Made by a program: the position numbers and the translations under genes
Source: Phyllobates terribilis
Lineage: Eukaryota
Assembly: GCF_046119375.1 (NCBI RefSeq)
Contig: NW_027362774.1
Coordinates: forward strand, 21,142,001 to 21,206,000
Direction: 5' to 3'
Length of the DNA stretch: 64,000 nucleotides
Shown: one piece after another, positions 53,401-64,000 of the stretch
Layout: each line of letters begins with the position of its first letter
Numbering within the stretch: the first letter of the stretch is position 1
The notes under the pieces: generated by a model
Told to the model about the DNA's origin: nothing
The model's input: only the letters and a program-made list of their open reading frames with translations
Databases searched by the model: none

Positions 53401-56400
53401 AATGGAGCTGATTCTAGTGCAAATCCGCAGCAGAAATCTTGTAAAAAAAGATTTGATTTGTAACAAATTGAATTCAGTACGAATTTTCTGCAAATTTCGG
53501 ATTTATCAATATCCGAATATTTAAGGACTTAATCCATTTTCTTCAATCCTTTTTTGGGGGGGGTCCATCAGTCGGGGTCCTCCACCAGCTGTCTCATCGA
53601 TGTGCGTCAGGACCCACACGACCATTGGAGACCTAGTCAGCGCCAAAAGATCTGAAAACCGGAGAAAGTGAGCGGAGGAACCTGGCGGAGAGCTGCAGCG
53701 ACATTATAGAGGAATATAATCGTTTATCCCCCTTGTCTATGGTGACCATTAGGTGATACTCATCAGGCTTATATTCTATATCTACTGTGGACTATATAAC
53801 AGTACCCGCAGCTTTCTGGAACATGGTCACGGCCTCTTCCAGTCCGGTTTTCGTCTGTCGGTTGCTGCGGGTCCCGATCTGTGTGTATAGGGCGGCCATG
53901 TTGAATAAAATGCTGGCCTTCTCCAGTGAGATATTCGGCTGACTGACAGGAACGCCAGTAAAGGAGTCATACCTAAATATAATTTAGATTATTCGTTTTA
54001 ATTTAATCATTTAAATTAATGATAGTCTACTGCGATATCCAGTTAAAAAAACAAAAACATATACGCTTTTTTACAATGGATTCCAACAGTGACAAATCAT
54101 ATGAAGTATCAGGTTAACATGCAACTGTATATGATAAACACATAGCTAAAATGTGGTGTTGACATAGTTTGGGATCACTAAGAAATTAATAGGCCACTAG
54201 GCCTCATTTATCAAAACTGTCTTTGTTGCCCATAGCAACCAATCAAAGCTCAGCTTTCTTTTCTGAAACAGCTCTGGCAAAATGAAAGCTGCGCTGTGAT
54301 TGGTTGCTTTGGACAACAAAGAGAGTTCTTCTTTCATACGTCTCCCCCTAACCCCAGACTAAACATGGTCGCCTCAGCAGAGTGCATTATAATTCGGAAA
54401 CATATTTTTTTTAACCCTTGTTTATTAATAATGATACAATATTAATAGTTTTAATTGATCTATTTTAGTAAATAATACTCTACTGCTATATGTAGTAATA
54501 AAAAAAAATATTTTTTTTTACAGTGGATTCCTATGGCGACAGATCATATGAATCATCGTTTTAGCGTCCGAGTGTACTGCGGTGTTAACATAGAAATGAT
54601 TAGGTTACTAGGCCTCATTTATCAAAACTGTTCATTGCCCATAGCAACCAATCAGAGTTCAGCTTTCATTTCTAAAACAGCTCTGGTAACATGAAAGCTG
54701 AGCTGTGATTGGTTAGATAGTTCCTCTTTCCTATTTCTCCCCCCTAATTTCAGATTAAACATGGCCGCCTCAGTCGAGTGCATTATAAANNNNNNNNNNN
54801 NNNNNNNNNNNNNNNNNNNNNNNNNNNNNNNNNNNNNNNNNNNNNNNNNNNNNNNNNNNNNNNNNNNNNNNNNNNNNNNNNNNNNNNNNNNNNNNNNNNN
54901 NNNNNNNNNNNNNNNNNNNNNNNNNNNNNNNNNNNNNNNNNNNNNAGTAATGCAACAAGATAATTAATCTTCCCCTCCCTGGCAATTCATCACAACGTTT
55001 ATACAGGCCCGTGGGTACATGAAAGGCTTAGTCAGGCCTATAATCTAAGAATCAAAACGCAGCCGGTCATTAATGTTAAGTCTTTCCTTTTATTCTGTGC
55101 ACTCAGCAGATGCGGAGGAGGAACAGAAGCCTTCATTTGTGGCCATGTTTGCACTCATACCTGGCCGCACCACTAATTGTTTAAGGCTGAATAAACACTG
55201 GCCACTTCTGACCTATTCACATGACTTAAAGGGAATGATCAAAAAAAATGTGCCATATAATTCTTGATATTATACCAAAGGGACATATTTAAAGGGGCAA
55301 TACAGTACAGACCAAAAGTTTGGACACACCTTCTCATTTAAAGATTTTTCTGTATTTTCATGACTATGAAAATTGTACATTCACACTGAAGGCATCAAAA
55401 CTATGAATTAACACATGTGGAATTATATACTTAACAAAAAAGTGTGAAACAACTGAAAATATGTCTTATATTCTAGGTTCTTCAAAGTAGCCATCTTTTG
55501 CTTTGATGACTGCTTTGCACAGTCTTGGCATTCTCTTGATGAGCTTCAAGAGGTAGTCACCGGAAATGGTTTTCACTTCACAGGTGTGCCCTGTCAGGTT
55601 TAATAAGTGGGATTTCTTGCCTTATAAATGGGGTTGGGACCATCAGTTGTGTTGTGCAGAAGTCTGGTGGATACACAGCTGATAGTCCTACTGAATAGAC
55701 TGTTAGAATTTGTATTATGGCAAGAAAAAAGCAGCTCAGTAAAGAAAAATGAGTGGCCATCATTACCTTAAGAAATGAAGGTCAGTCAGTGCGAAAAATT
55801 GGGAAAACTTTGAAAGTGTCCCCAAGTGCAGTTGCAAAAACCATCAAGCGAAACAAAGAAGCTGGCTCACATGAGGACCGCCCCAGGAAAGGAAGACCAA
55901 GAGTCACCTCTGCTTCTGAGGATAAGTTTATCTGAGTCACCAGCCTCAGAAATCGCAGGTTAATAGCAGCTCAGATTAGAGACCAGGTCAATGCCACACA
56001 GAGTTCTAGCCGCAGACACATCTCTTCAACAACTGTTAAGAGGAGACTTTGTGCAGCAGGCCTTCATGGTAAAATAGCTGCTAGGAAACCACTGCTAAGG
56101 ACAGGCAACAAGCAGAAGAGACTTGTTTGGGTTAAAGAACACAAGGAATGGACATTAAACCAGTGGAAATCTGTGCTTTGGTCTGATGAGTCCAAACTTG
56201 AGATCTTTGGTTCCAACCACCGTGTCTTTGTGCGACGCAGAAAAGGTGAACGGATGGACTCTACATGCCTGGTTTCCACTGTGAAGCATGGAGGAGGAGG
56301 TGTGATGGTGTGGGGGTGCTTTGCTGGTGACACTGTTGGGGATTTATTCAAAATTGAAGGCATACTGAACAAGCACGGCTACCACAGCATTTTGCAGCGG

Positions 56401-59400
56401 CATGCTATTCCATCCGGTTTGCATTTAGTTGGACCATCATTTATTTTTCAACAGGACAATGACCCCAAACACACCTTCAGGCTGTGTAAGGGCTATTTGA
56501 CCAAGAAGGAGAGTGATGGGGTGCTACGCCAGATGACCTGGCTTCCACAGTCACCAGACCTGAACCCAATCGAGATGGTTTGGGGTGAGCTGGACCACAG
56601 AGTGAAGGCAAAAGGGCCAACAAGTGCTAAACATCTCTGGGAACTCCTTCAAGATTGTTGGAAGACCATTTCCAGTGACTACCTCTTGAAGCTCATCAAG
56701 AGAATGCCAAGAGTGTGCAAAGCAGTCATTAAAGCAAAAGGTGGCTACTTTGAAGAACGTAGAATATAAAACATATTTTCAGTTGTTTCACACTTTTTTG
56801 TTAAGTATATAATTCCACATGTGTTAATTCATAGTTTTGATGCCTTCAGTGTGAATGTACAATTTTCATAGTCAAGAAGATACAGAAAAATCTTTAAATG
56901 AGAAGGTGTGTCCAAACTTTTGGTCTGTACTGTATATCTAGAGCCTATCTGTAGCTTTTACCCTCTATTATCAGCCATATCGCACGTGGGAGATACCAAA
57001 TATGTTGATTTTTCTTATTTTATGTAGATTTCGCTATTTGCATTGTTACTTTGCACAGGTTGGGCTTTGTTGGAGAAGTAACATGCCAGATCGAAGGACC
57101 TTCAGTAGCCCCCCAGCTGTAATGAAAAGCCATTGGCACCCCGTGGACGAGGGGGCGATGGACGTCGGAAACGCTCCCTCCCCCCAATTCAGAGTGTCCG
57201 AAATGACAAAATCACGATTGCTAGAGGGAATCTCAGCGATTAAACTGTTGCGATTAGATTGGATGCCAGCTGTATAACACAGCAGGATGTGAGCCCACAC
57301 CGTATAGTGATGGTGTGCTTCCGCCATACATGTAAAGCAGGCGTTGTCAAGGGGTTAAAGGGTCTATTCACCACTATATTTTATATTACAAATGTGCCTA
57401 GGGCGGTTCTAAAATATATACTCATTTAGCGGACCCCCACTACTCTTTGGTACTGCTGTCAATGTCCCCCACCGGTCTCCTTGTTTCCTCTTCAGGCAGG
57501 GGATGCCACTTTAAAACACTGTGACCCTATATAGTTGATATAAAAAGCCCATCGCAATTAATCACAGCCTAGATTTCATTTTACTTTATATCAATTAAAG
57601 CTGAGCTCTGACTGATCGGTATGGGTAATAAAGATAAGGGTGGGGGACAAGTTTGACAAGTGAGGATTATTCTGTTTTGCTTTCTAGGGTTTTTGCAGCA
57701 TTTTTGGGGGTCAACAATATGCAGAATGCTCCGTGTTTGGATTTTTGGGGCATTTTTCGATAAGATTTGAAAAACGTCCAAACACCAAAAAAGATTGAAA
57801 AAAAAAAAAAAGCCAGCTACCGGTATATAAAAATACTTGAAAGTCATGGTGAGGAAACCTTAGGGTGGTCAAGAATAGGTGCTGACATCAATCTTTCTTT
57901 AGTTCTGATAGTCTTGGTGGGGTTCTGTGAGCAGGGGCCATCCTTCAAGGAGTATTCTCAAGTTTGGAAGTTATAACTTCCCAATTGTTGGGCGACCGAT
58001 TGCTAGGACCCCCACCTATCCCCAGCGGTGGTTGATTATGCCGATCTATTCATTCTTATGGGAGTGCCGAAGACCAGACGAGCGCATGTGCGGATGTGTG
58101 CATGATCGAGCACCCAGCGATCGAGAAGTTATCCCCTATCTAAAGGATAGAGGATAACTTCCAAACCTGAGAATACCCCTGTAATTCTTAAGTCCCTTTT
58201 TGCACTGGTTGATGCAGTCCCATTGTACCTGCAAATATTATCTTCTAATATAGTGCAAGGTAATAATGGCCAAATTCTCTTTTCTAGATAGCCCCGTGAC
58301 AGTTCCTCCATAATTGACTCTAAGATGTTGGTGGGCCAAGCATATTCTGATGCTCAGCAAGGCAACGGCCCTTGTTGCTTTCACAAAACTGATCAGATGA
58401 GTGTCGATATTTTTCTAAGCAAACCTGTTCTGACAACCCACACAGCATCTCCGATTACATGTTTGTGAAGTCTACAAAGCTCCCGAAGGGAAAATACTTT
58501 TAGAAAAACTCCGCCAGGGGAACACAAATTCCCCTGTCCCTCTCCCCTGTATCTAGCAGTATAGAATTACTATTTCATGGTGCCTATTCAAATACATGGC
58601 TGCATTAAGTCCTTCAGAGCAGCTGTTTGCAACCCCTCTAAGACATGGCCTAATACGTCATCTAGTAAGACAAACACTTTAATATATATATATATATTAT
58701 TTCTTACCATGTGAACAGTATCCCCATATTTCTGCTGGATGGAAAGAACCGGTTCTCCAGGAATCCAAGCTGCTGGAAATAGCTGGTTAACATCTCAAGG
58801 CCGGCTTCATCTCGGCTGGGAGTTCGGCATGCCTATAAAAAGGAAATAGTAATGCATAAAGGAGTAACTATAGGTGGTGCCGAAACTGGACCCCACTGAC
58901 TTAGGTCATTTTCCTATATATCATAAATTTTGCGTTTCTTCAACAGCATTTTTTTGGGCTGAAAATCTGCTGCATTTAACAGTTCAACCAAAGTGGATGT
59001 GATTTCATGAAAACTCCTGCCCAATGTACGCTTACTCTGTGTGTTTTTAGTACAGTTTTTTTTCCCTATAGACTTCTATGTGGAGCCTGTAAAAAAAAAT
59101 GCAATTGTGTTTTTTAAATACAGAATCTCAGTGATTCTGCGATACAAAAAAAATCGTATTTAAAACGTTGTGTCAAATCTGCACCAAAAATGCATCAAAA
59201 ATTAGGAAAATGGAATAAAAAAATGCAAAAACATAACACTCAGAAGTTTGGTATTGCAAATTTTGGTGCGGAAAACTACAGAAAAAAAAACCCTGCAGCA
59301 ATTCATAACATATCAAGGCCTTAGGGCTAATTCCACTTTTCTTGCATATGAGAAAATCGGACTATTCTGATCAGAGTGTGGTACTCCAACTTTCTCGCAC

Positions 59401-60601
59401 GGGGTGAAATGAAAAAATTCTTCACCTTCTTCGTTCTGACAGTTCATGAAAATCGGATCGCACTTGGATGTCATGCGAATGCAGTCCGATTTTTTTCACA
59501 GACCAATTCACCTGCATTGCAGATTTTGAGCCGACAAAATCGGACACGTGTCTGCGATTTTCCATGGTCCACTCCGTCCGCAAAAAATCACTGACTTGTG
59601 AATGGTACAATAGACTATTAAAGGTACGAGTGCTATCCGTGAGAAACACGGAGAGCATTTGTACGCAAAAATTGGACATCTGAATGAGCTCTTAGGGTCC
59701 CAACGACCCCTGTAGGACTACAGTGCTATAAATGTAGGTCCAGAGGCCTTAATCCTGCTGCAGATTTAGCATCATGGCTCTCGACCTTCATGGTGATCCC
59801 TTAAACTTTCCGTGTACGGCTGCAGTACATAGGTGAATATTTTTTTCATCTGTTCCTCATAGCAAAAAAGCTAATTTTTGGGTTTGAGCCACTAATTGTA
59901 CAGTATAAATGACATAAAAGTATGCCCGGCACCGGTTTGTTTGTTTTTAACCCTTGCTCTACTGCTAATCTCCAATAGTCACCAAATATACCCTTCTACA
60001 TCTTTCATATGACTAAAGTGGGCAACGGTCCAGCAGCAGCCAGCAGAATAAAAAGAGAGGGCAGGCGGCCCAGAAAATCGACTTAGATTGCACTGTATTG
60101 TAAAGTTTCAAAAAAGTTAAATTTTAACAGTTTAGAGTTGATTTAAAGGTCTCGCTTTGGTGAACCTTGGCTTTTATATCAGGGACCTGCAAGAGCGGGG
60201 GGAAGCTCTGTTGTGAGGTCCTGATAATTAACTAGGTGGGAATCTCTGCTTATAAGCGAAACTGCAGACTTGCTAAAATGTTTCCGCCACTGACCTGGTC
60301 GTAAATTTACAGATATTGCAGCTGTTTGTGTTACATCCGGATTCTGCCGAGGAATTATTGTGGATTTTACCCCTTATAACAATTGAGAGGGAGAGAGTAT
60401 AAAATCCACAGCATTTCCGCAACAGAATAAATATGCTGCACATTCAAAAATTTACTAAAAATTTTGCTCCCGATTTTGTACCCAACGACAGTATTCGGAA
60501 ACCACTCGTAATAAAGCCTCTACCTGTCTGAGGTCCATCAGATCAGCCAGCTCATTCTCATAATCAGCTCCATCTTCACTGTAATGTTCCAATATAAAGT
60601 C
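38210..60601 (-). CDS. RHPN2: RHPN2 (rhophilin-2; BRO1 and PDZ domains), last 11 coding exons; 5' exons not found in window
   Basis: Exons 60601-60524, 58832-58708, 53972-53806, 49528-49341, 48205-48049, 47668-47549, 42702-42508, 41789-41713, 41340-41194, 40672-40517 and 38464-38210 join in phase (1665 nt). The C-terminus [20 protein letters not shown]...KKLSFLSWG...QKAASTLCL matches recalled RHPN2. Confidence 0.95.
38663..40272 (+). mobile_element. DD38E Tc1-like element in the last RHPN2 intron (right boundary of the triplication)
   Basis: TIRs (left one has a 14-bp deletion); ORF pieces 39151-39708 and 39606-40109. Confidence 0.95.
40517..40672 (-). CDS. RHPN2: RHPN2 exon, PDZ ([30 protein letters not shown]...SSM)
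   Basis: CCAG/GTGAGT boundaries, 156 nt. Confidence 0.92.
41194..41340 (-). CDS. RHPN2: RHPN2 exon, PDZ start ([49 protein letters not shown])
   Basis: TTAG/GTAAGT boundaries, 147 nt. Confidence 0.92.
41713..41789 (-). CDS. RHPN2: RHPN2 exon ([25 protein letters not shown])
   Basis: CCAG/GTACGT boundaries, 77 nt. Confidence 0.88.
41998..42195. other. Assembly gap (N run)
   Basis: Run of N. Confidence 1.
42508..42702 (-). CDS. RHPN2: RHPN2 exon ([35 protein letters not shown]...APEIV)
   Basis: GTAG/GTAAGT boundaries, 195 nt. Confidence 0.9.
45849..47418 (+). mobile_element. Intact Tc1/mariner DD35E (Traveler-like) element, 1570 bp
   Basis: 28-bp TIRs CAGTC(C/A)TGGCCAAAAGTATTGAGAATGA with one mismatch, TA on both sides, uninterrupted transposase. 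Confidence 0.95.
46225..47241 (+). CDS. Tc1-family transposase, 338 aa, DD35E triad
   Basis: N-terminal HTH region with GRPRK; catalytic [13 protein letters not shown] and SPDLNPIE, with 35 residues counted between D2 and E. Confidence 0.95.
   Translation: MVISKETRAAIIALHKNGLTGKSIAATKIAPQSTIYRIIKNFKERASIVVKKAPGRPRKTSKRQDRILKLFQLRDRTTSSAELAQEWQQAGVSASARTVRRRLFEQGLVSRRAAKKPFLSRKNIRDRLIFCKRYREWTAEDWGKVIFSDESPFRLFGTSGKQLIRRRRGERCHQSCLMPTVKHPETIHVWGCFSAKGIGSLTVLPKNTAMNKEWYQNVLQEQLLPTVQEQFGAQQCLFQHDGAPCHKAKVITKWLMEQNIEILGPWPGNSPDLNPIENLWSIIKRRVDKQKPTNSGKMQALIMQEWTAISQDLVQKLIESMPGRITEVLKKKGQHCKY
47549..47668 (-). CDS. RHPN2: RHPN2 exon ([39 protein letters not shown])
   Basis: ACAG/GTAATC boundaries, 120 nt. 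Confidence 0.9.
47880..47990. repeat. 21-bp minisatellite (~5 units)
   Basis: GTCACGTGGCATTTCGGC(T/A)GT repeated. Confidence 0.9.
48049..48205 (-). CDS. RHPN2: RHPN2 exon ([52 protein letters not shown])
   Basis: GCAG/GTAAGT boundaries, 157 nt. Confidence 0.93.
49341..49528 (-). CDS. RHPN2: RHPN2 exon ([23 protein letters not shown]...AQEAAK)
   Basis: TCAG/GTACAT boundaries, 188 nt. Confidence 0.93.
53806..53972 (-). CDS. RHPN2: RHPN2 exon ([35 protein letters not shown]...)
   Basis: TTAG/GTACTG boundaries, 167 nt, BRO1 signature. Confidence 0.92.
54790..54945. other. Assembly gap (N run)
   Basis: Run of N. Confidence 1.
55303..56932 (+). mobile_element. DD38E Tc1-like element, defective
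   Basis: TA-flanked TIRs; ORF pieces 55753-55935 and 56173-56769 with stops. Confidence 0.95.
58708..58832 (-). CDS. RHPN2: RHPN2 exon ([42 protein letters not shown])
   Basis: ATAG/GTAAGA boundaries, 125 nt. Confidence 0.92.
60524..60601 (-). CDS. RHPN2: RHPN2 exon ([26 protein letters not shown])
   Basis: ATAG/GTAGAG boundaries, 78 nt. Confidence 0.92.
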
Positions 60602-61314
60602 CTATAAAAAAAAAAAAAAAAAAAACGTTAAAGGGGTTCTCCACTTCGGACAATCTCTACCTAATAGAAGCGCCCCCCTGAAAATATGCAGATCATGAAG
60701 TGTCTCCCTGCTGGGATCTCCAGTGATCGGCGTGTGAATTTTGCAGTAAATGCTTAACTACAGGGCATGTATAGAATTGCACATGAGACATTCATATCTA
60801 TGTGTCATCCGGGACAGTAGAGGTCCTCCAGAACGAGTGATGCTCTTTGCAACAATTCCCTGATAGGGTTTCAAAAAACGGATTTTCTAGACCGAACAGC
60901 CCTGTTAATGTTGCTTTACCAAGGGATGGTATTTTTGTGGTTTATCAGTGTGTACAGAGTTAATGCTCAATGACCATTTCCCAGAAACGTTTCAGCGTAA
61001 TTAGCAAAGGGCTGAAAAGGACGGAGCGTTCTATGAATAATTAACCAATGTGGCATTTTTATTACTATACAATGTTTGACCACTTTGACGCCTTCTTCAG
61101 TTTCCTATCTTTACAGCATTTCATCGTAAGTCAGGTCGTAAATTTAGGCTCCGCTCACTAATAAAATTTTAGTTTTAAGGTCCAGGGTTTCAGATTGGAC
61201 TAGGTACTGTCTACGGGACTTGCCATATAGTCCCCAAACATCATTTGCTCATTTGTTAATTTTAAAACTTGGTACAAACCCTTTGAGCAAAACAGAAACC
61301 CAAATCTGTCTAAA

Positions 61315-61723
61315 AGTGGGAATCTGCCAGCAAGTTTTTTGCTATGAAATCTGACAGCAGTATGATGTAGGGACAGATACCCTGATTCCAGCAATGTATC
61401 ACTTAGTTTACTGGGTGCAGCAGTTGTTATACAATCACAGTTTTCTCTGCTGCAGATCTAGTAGAGCTTGGAATGCTGAGCCTGTATAACCCCGCCCACA
61501 ACACTGATTGGCTGCTTTCTACTAATCAGAGATGGGGGGTTGGACCAGGAAGTAGGAGACACCTAGTCCTGTAGTGATAATCTTCTGCTGATAAAAAACT
61601 GATTGTATTGAAACAGCAAAACCAAGCCTAGTAAGTGATACATCACTGGAATCAGAGTCTCTGCCTCTACTCCATGCTGCTTTCAGATTGCATAGCAAAA
61701 AAAATTGCGGACAGATTCCCTTT
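61315..61723. mobile_element. Palindromic T2-type MITE
   Basis: GGGAATCTG...CAGATTCCCTTTAA ends; internal inverted arms. Confidence 0.6.
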
Positions 61724-63189
61724 AAGACCAACATCCATTTTATGCAGTGTGATTATCTCACCACCAAGGGTTGCCTAAAAATATTCGCTGTTTTATGCAA
61801 CCCCCTTAAAGAGGAGACGGTCAAATGTGGCCAATTTTTGCTTATTTTACTTCTCGTGCACACATGAGTATTATGGAAAAAGTCCATGAAAATTTGTGGA
61901 TTAAAAAAATAAACACTCGGTGTGTGTGCAGGAGGAGTAAACGAAGAGGAAAAACTGGTCACGTTTGACCTGGAGACAAGTCCGCTTTAAGGGTAAGATC
62001 AGTGTCTGAATGCAAACCAAAAGCAAACTGCACATGAAATGATGTCACTGGACTCGGCTCTAAATCATTTATTTTTAGTTTTAGGCGGAGTTCCACTTTA
62101 ATAAGGAACATTACTAATCATTATTATACCAGCTAATACATGAGGATGAGTAGCTCCGGAGAGGAATCCTGGGTGTATTCTGCATTAGTCACTGACAGAT
62201 CTTTCCCCGGTGGTAGTTTTGGAGGAAAGTGGTGGGTGTTGCCCACTGCGGGAGATCTGCTCTTTCACTGCTGTAAGTTTCCTCCGCTGTGGAGGGGGGG
62301 TCGGGATGATTCAGGGCACGATAATACGTGACGTATCTCTCGGGTCACATTTCAATTAACTGAACGAATGAGTCTACATTTACTTCTCTAAAAATAGACG
62401 GCGCTCGTCATCCTAAGAATAGTAACTTTCACTCTTGCTCATCTTGAGACGACAGAAGAATGATAAAAACCTCTGGAGTAATATTTGTAGGATGACTAGT
62501 CAATGGGGTCGAGTTCTCTATCATTTCATACTAAATTCCTACATTTCTTTAGGATATGTTTCATGCATGTGGTGTGGTTGGATCTAAGAGAACAGCGCCT
62601 ACGGGGGGTCTGTGGTAGTCTTAGACACGCCCCCTGTCTTATCATTGGTTGAGGCTTCTGCTCTGCCCCTCCCTCTGTAGCTCTGCCTCCTCTGAATGGC
62701 TGAGGATTGTAAACGTAAGATGTAATCTATGGCTACAGTTTAGCTGCAGGGGGTCTGGGGTAGTCTGAGACACGCCCCCTGCCTTATTATTGGTTAAGGC
62801 TGATGCTCTCTACCTCCTCCCAGTGGCATACCACCACACCACTGCTGTGGGGCCCATGAGCCAGGGGGCCCGCAGTGGGCCCTCACCGCACCGGGCCCCA
62901 CCTCCACCCGTTAGCACTCGCACGGCCCGGCCGCCCGCACATAATGATGGGGGTGGAAACGTCTGCTAATGCTCCCTCCTCCATCATCACGCTGACGGCT
63001 GGAGGGGGGGACCCAGTGCAAGCAATGATGATGGAGGAGGGAGTGTCAGCAGGCATTTCCACCCCCATCATTCTTCCTCTGCGTCTGACGTGTCGGAGCA
63101 GCGGGAGTGATGACGTCATTACAGGGCGCCCACAGCTCTGAGATGTCTGGCGCTTCACACCACACACTGAGGTGAATCAGTGACCGGTG

Positions 63190-64000
63190 GCTATAATACA
63201 GTATGGAGGGGTGCATTATACTATATGGAGGACCATGGGGGTGCATTATACTGTATGGAGGACCATGGGGGTGCATTATGCTGTATGGAGAACCTTGGGG
63301 GTGCATTATATTGTATAGAGGACCACGAAGGTGCATTATACTGTATGGAGGACCTTGGAGGAACATTATACTGTATAAAGGACCATGGAGGTGCATTATG
63401 CTGTATGGAGGACCTTGGGGGTGCATTATACTGTATGAAGGACTATGGAGGTGCATTATGCTGTATGGAGAACCTTGGGGGTGCATTATATTGTATAGAG
63501 GACCACGAAGGTGCATTATACTGTATGGAGGACCTTGGAGGAACATTATACTGTATAAAGGACCATGGAGGTGCATTATGCTGTATGGAGGACCTTGGGG
63601 GTGCATTATACTGTATGAAGGACTATGGAGGTGCATTATGCTGTATGGAGGACCTTGGAGTTGCATTATGGAGGACCATGGAGGTACATTATACTGTATG
63701 GAGGACCATGGGGGTGCATTATACTGTATGGAGGACCATGGGGTGCATTATACTGTATGGAGGGCATTGGGGTGTATTATACTGTTTTGAGGACCATGGG
63801 GGTGCATTATACTGTATGAAGGACCATGGGGAGTGCATTATACTGTATGGAGGACTATGGAGAGAGCATTATACTGTATGGAGGACCATGGGGAAAGCAT
63901 TTTATTATATGGAGGACCATGGGTAGTGCATTTTATTACATGGAGGACCATGGGGAGTGCATTATATTCTATGGAGGACCATGGGGAGAGCATTATATTC
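63190..64000. repeat. 30-bp satellite with a 180-bp higher-order duplication, running off the window
   Basis: GTGCATTATACTGTATGGAGGACCATGGGG units. Confidence 0.93.

Noticed and set aside
57840-58500. Degenerate LINE reverse-transcriptase fragments (also 2930-3350)
   Set aside because: Only faint motif resemblance, which cannot be supported without a profile search.
61931-62002. Plus-strand exon-like segment (CAG...GGGTAAG)
   Set aside because: No recognisable protein and no partner exons. The RHPN2 exon expected upstream of 60601 was not found either and is probably beyond the window.
63046-63926. Cys/Tyr/Gly-rich repeat ORFs resembling keratin-associated proteins
   Set aside because: 30-bp satellite open in several frames on both strands, with no splice or promoter support.

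Overview
Vertebrate genomic DNA, almost certainly a frog: TTAA-flanked palindromic MITEs, dense Tc1 elements and spliced genes with GT-AG introns. It covers the conserved CEP89 - FAAP24 - RHPN2 block. CEP89 (minus, first 8 coding exons) is head-to-head with FAAP24 (plus, complete, 216 aa) across a CCAAT/ETS-rich CpG promoter. FAAP24 is tail-to-tail with RHPN2 (minus, last 11 coding exons). The most unusual structure is a ~4.38-kb tandem triplication (25799-38955) carrying the 3' ends of both convergent genes: FAAP24 exons 4-5 and the RHPN2 terminal exon. It is bounded by two same-orientation DD38E Tc1-like transposons, and its junctions are 507-bp hybrid elements joined at a 4-nt microhomology. 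The window also holds five full-length defective DD38E elements, one intact DD35E element (338-aa transposase) inserted in an 86-bp satellite, an old DD34E relic, several large VNTRs/satellites and three N gaps. Gene names come from my recollection of the human proteins and exon sizes, not from a database search.
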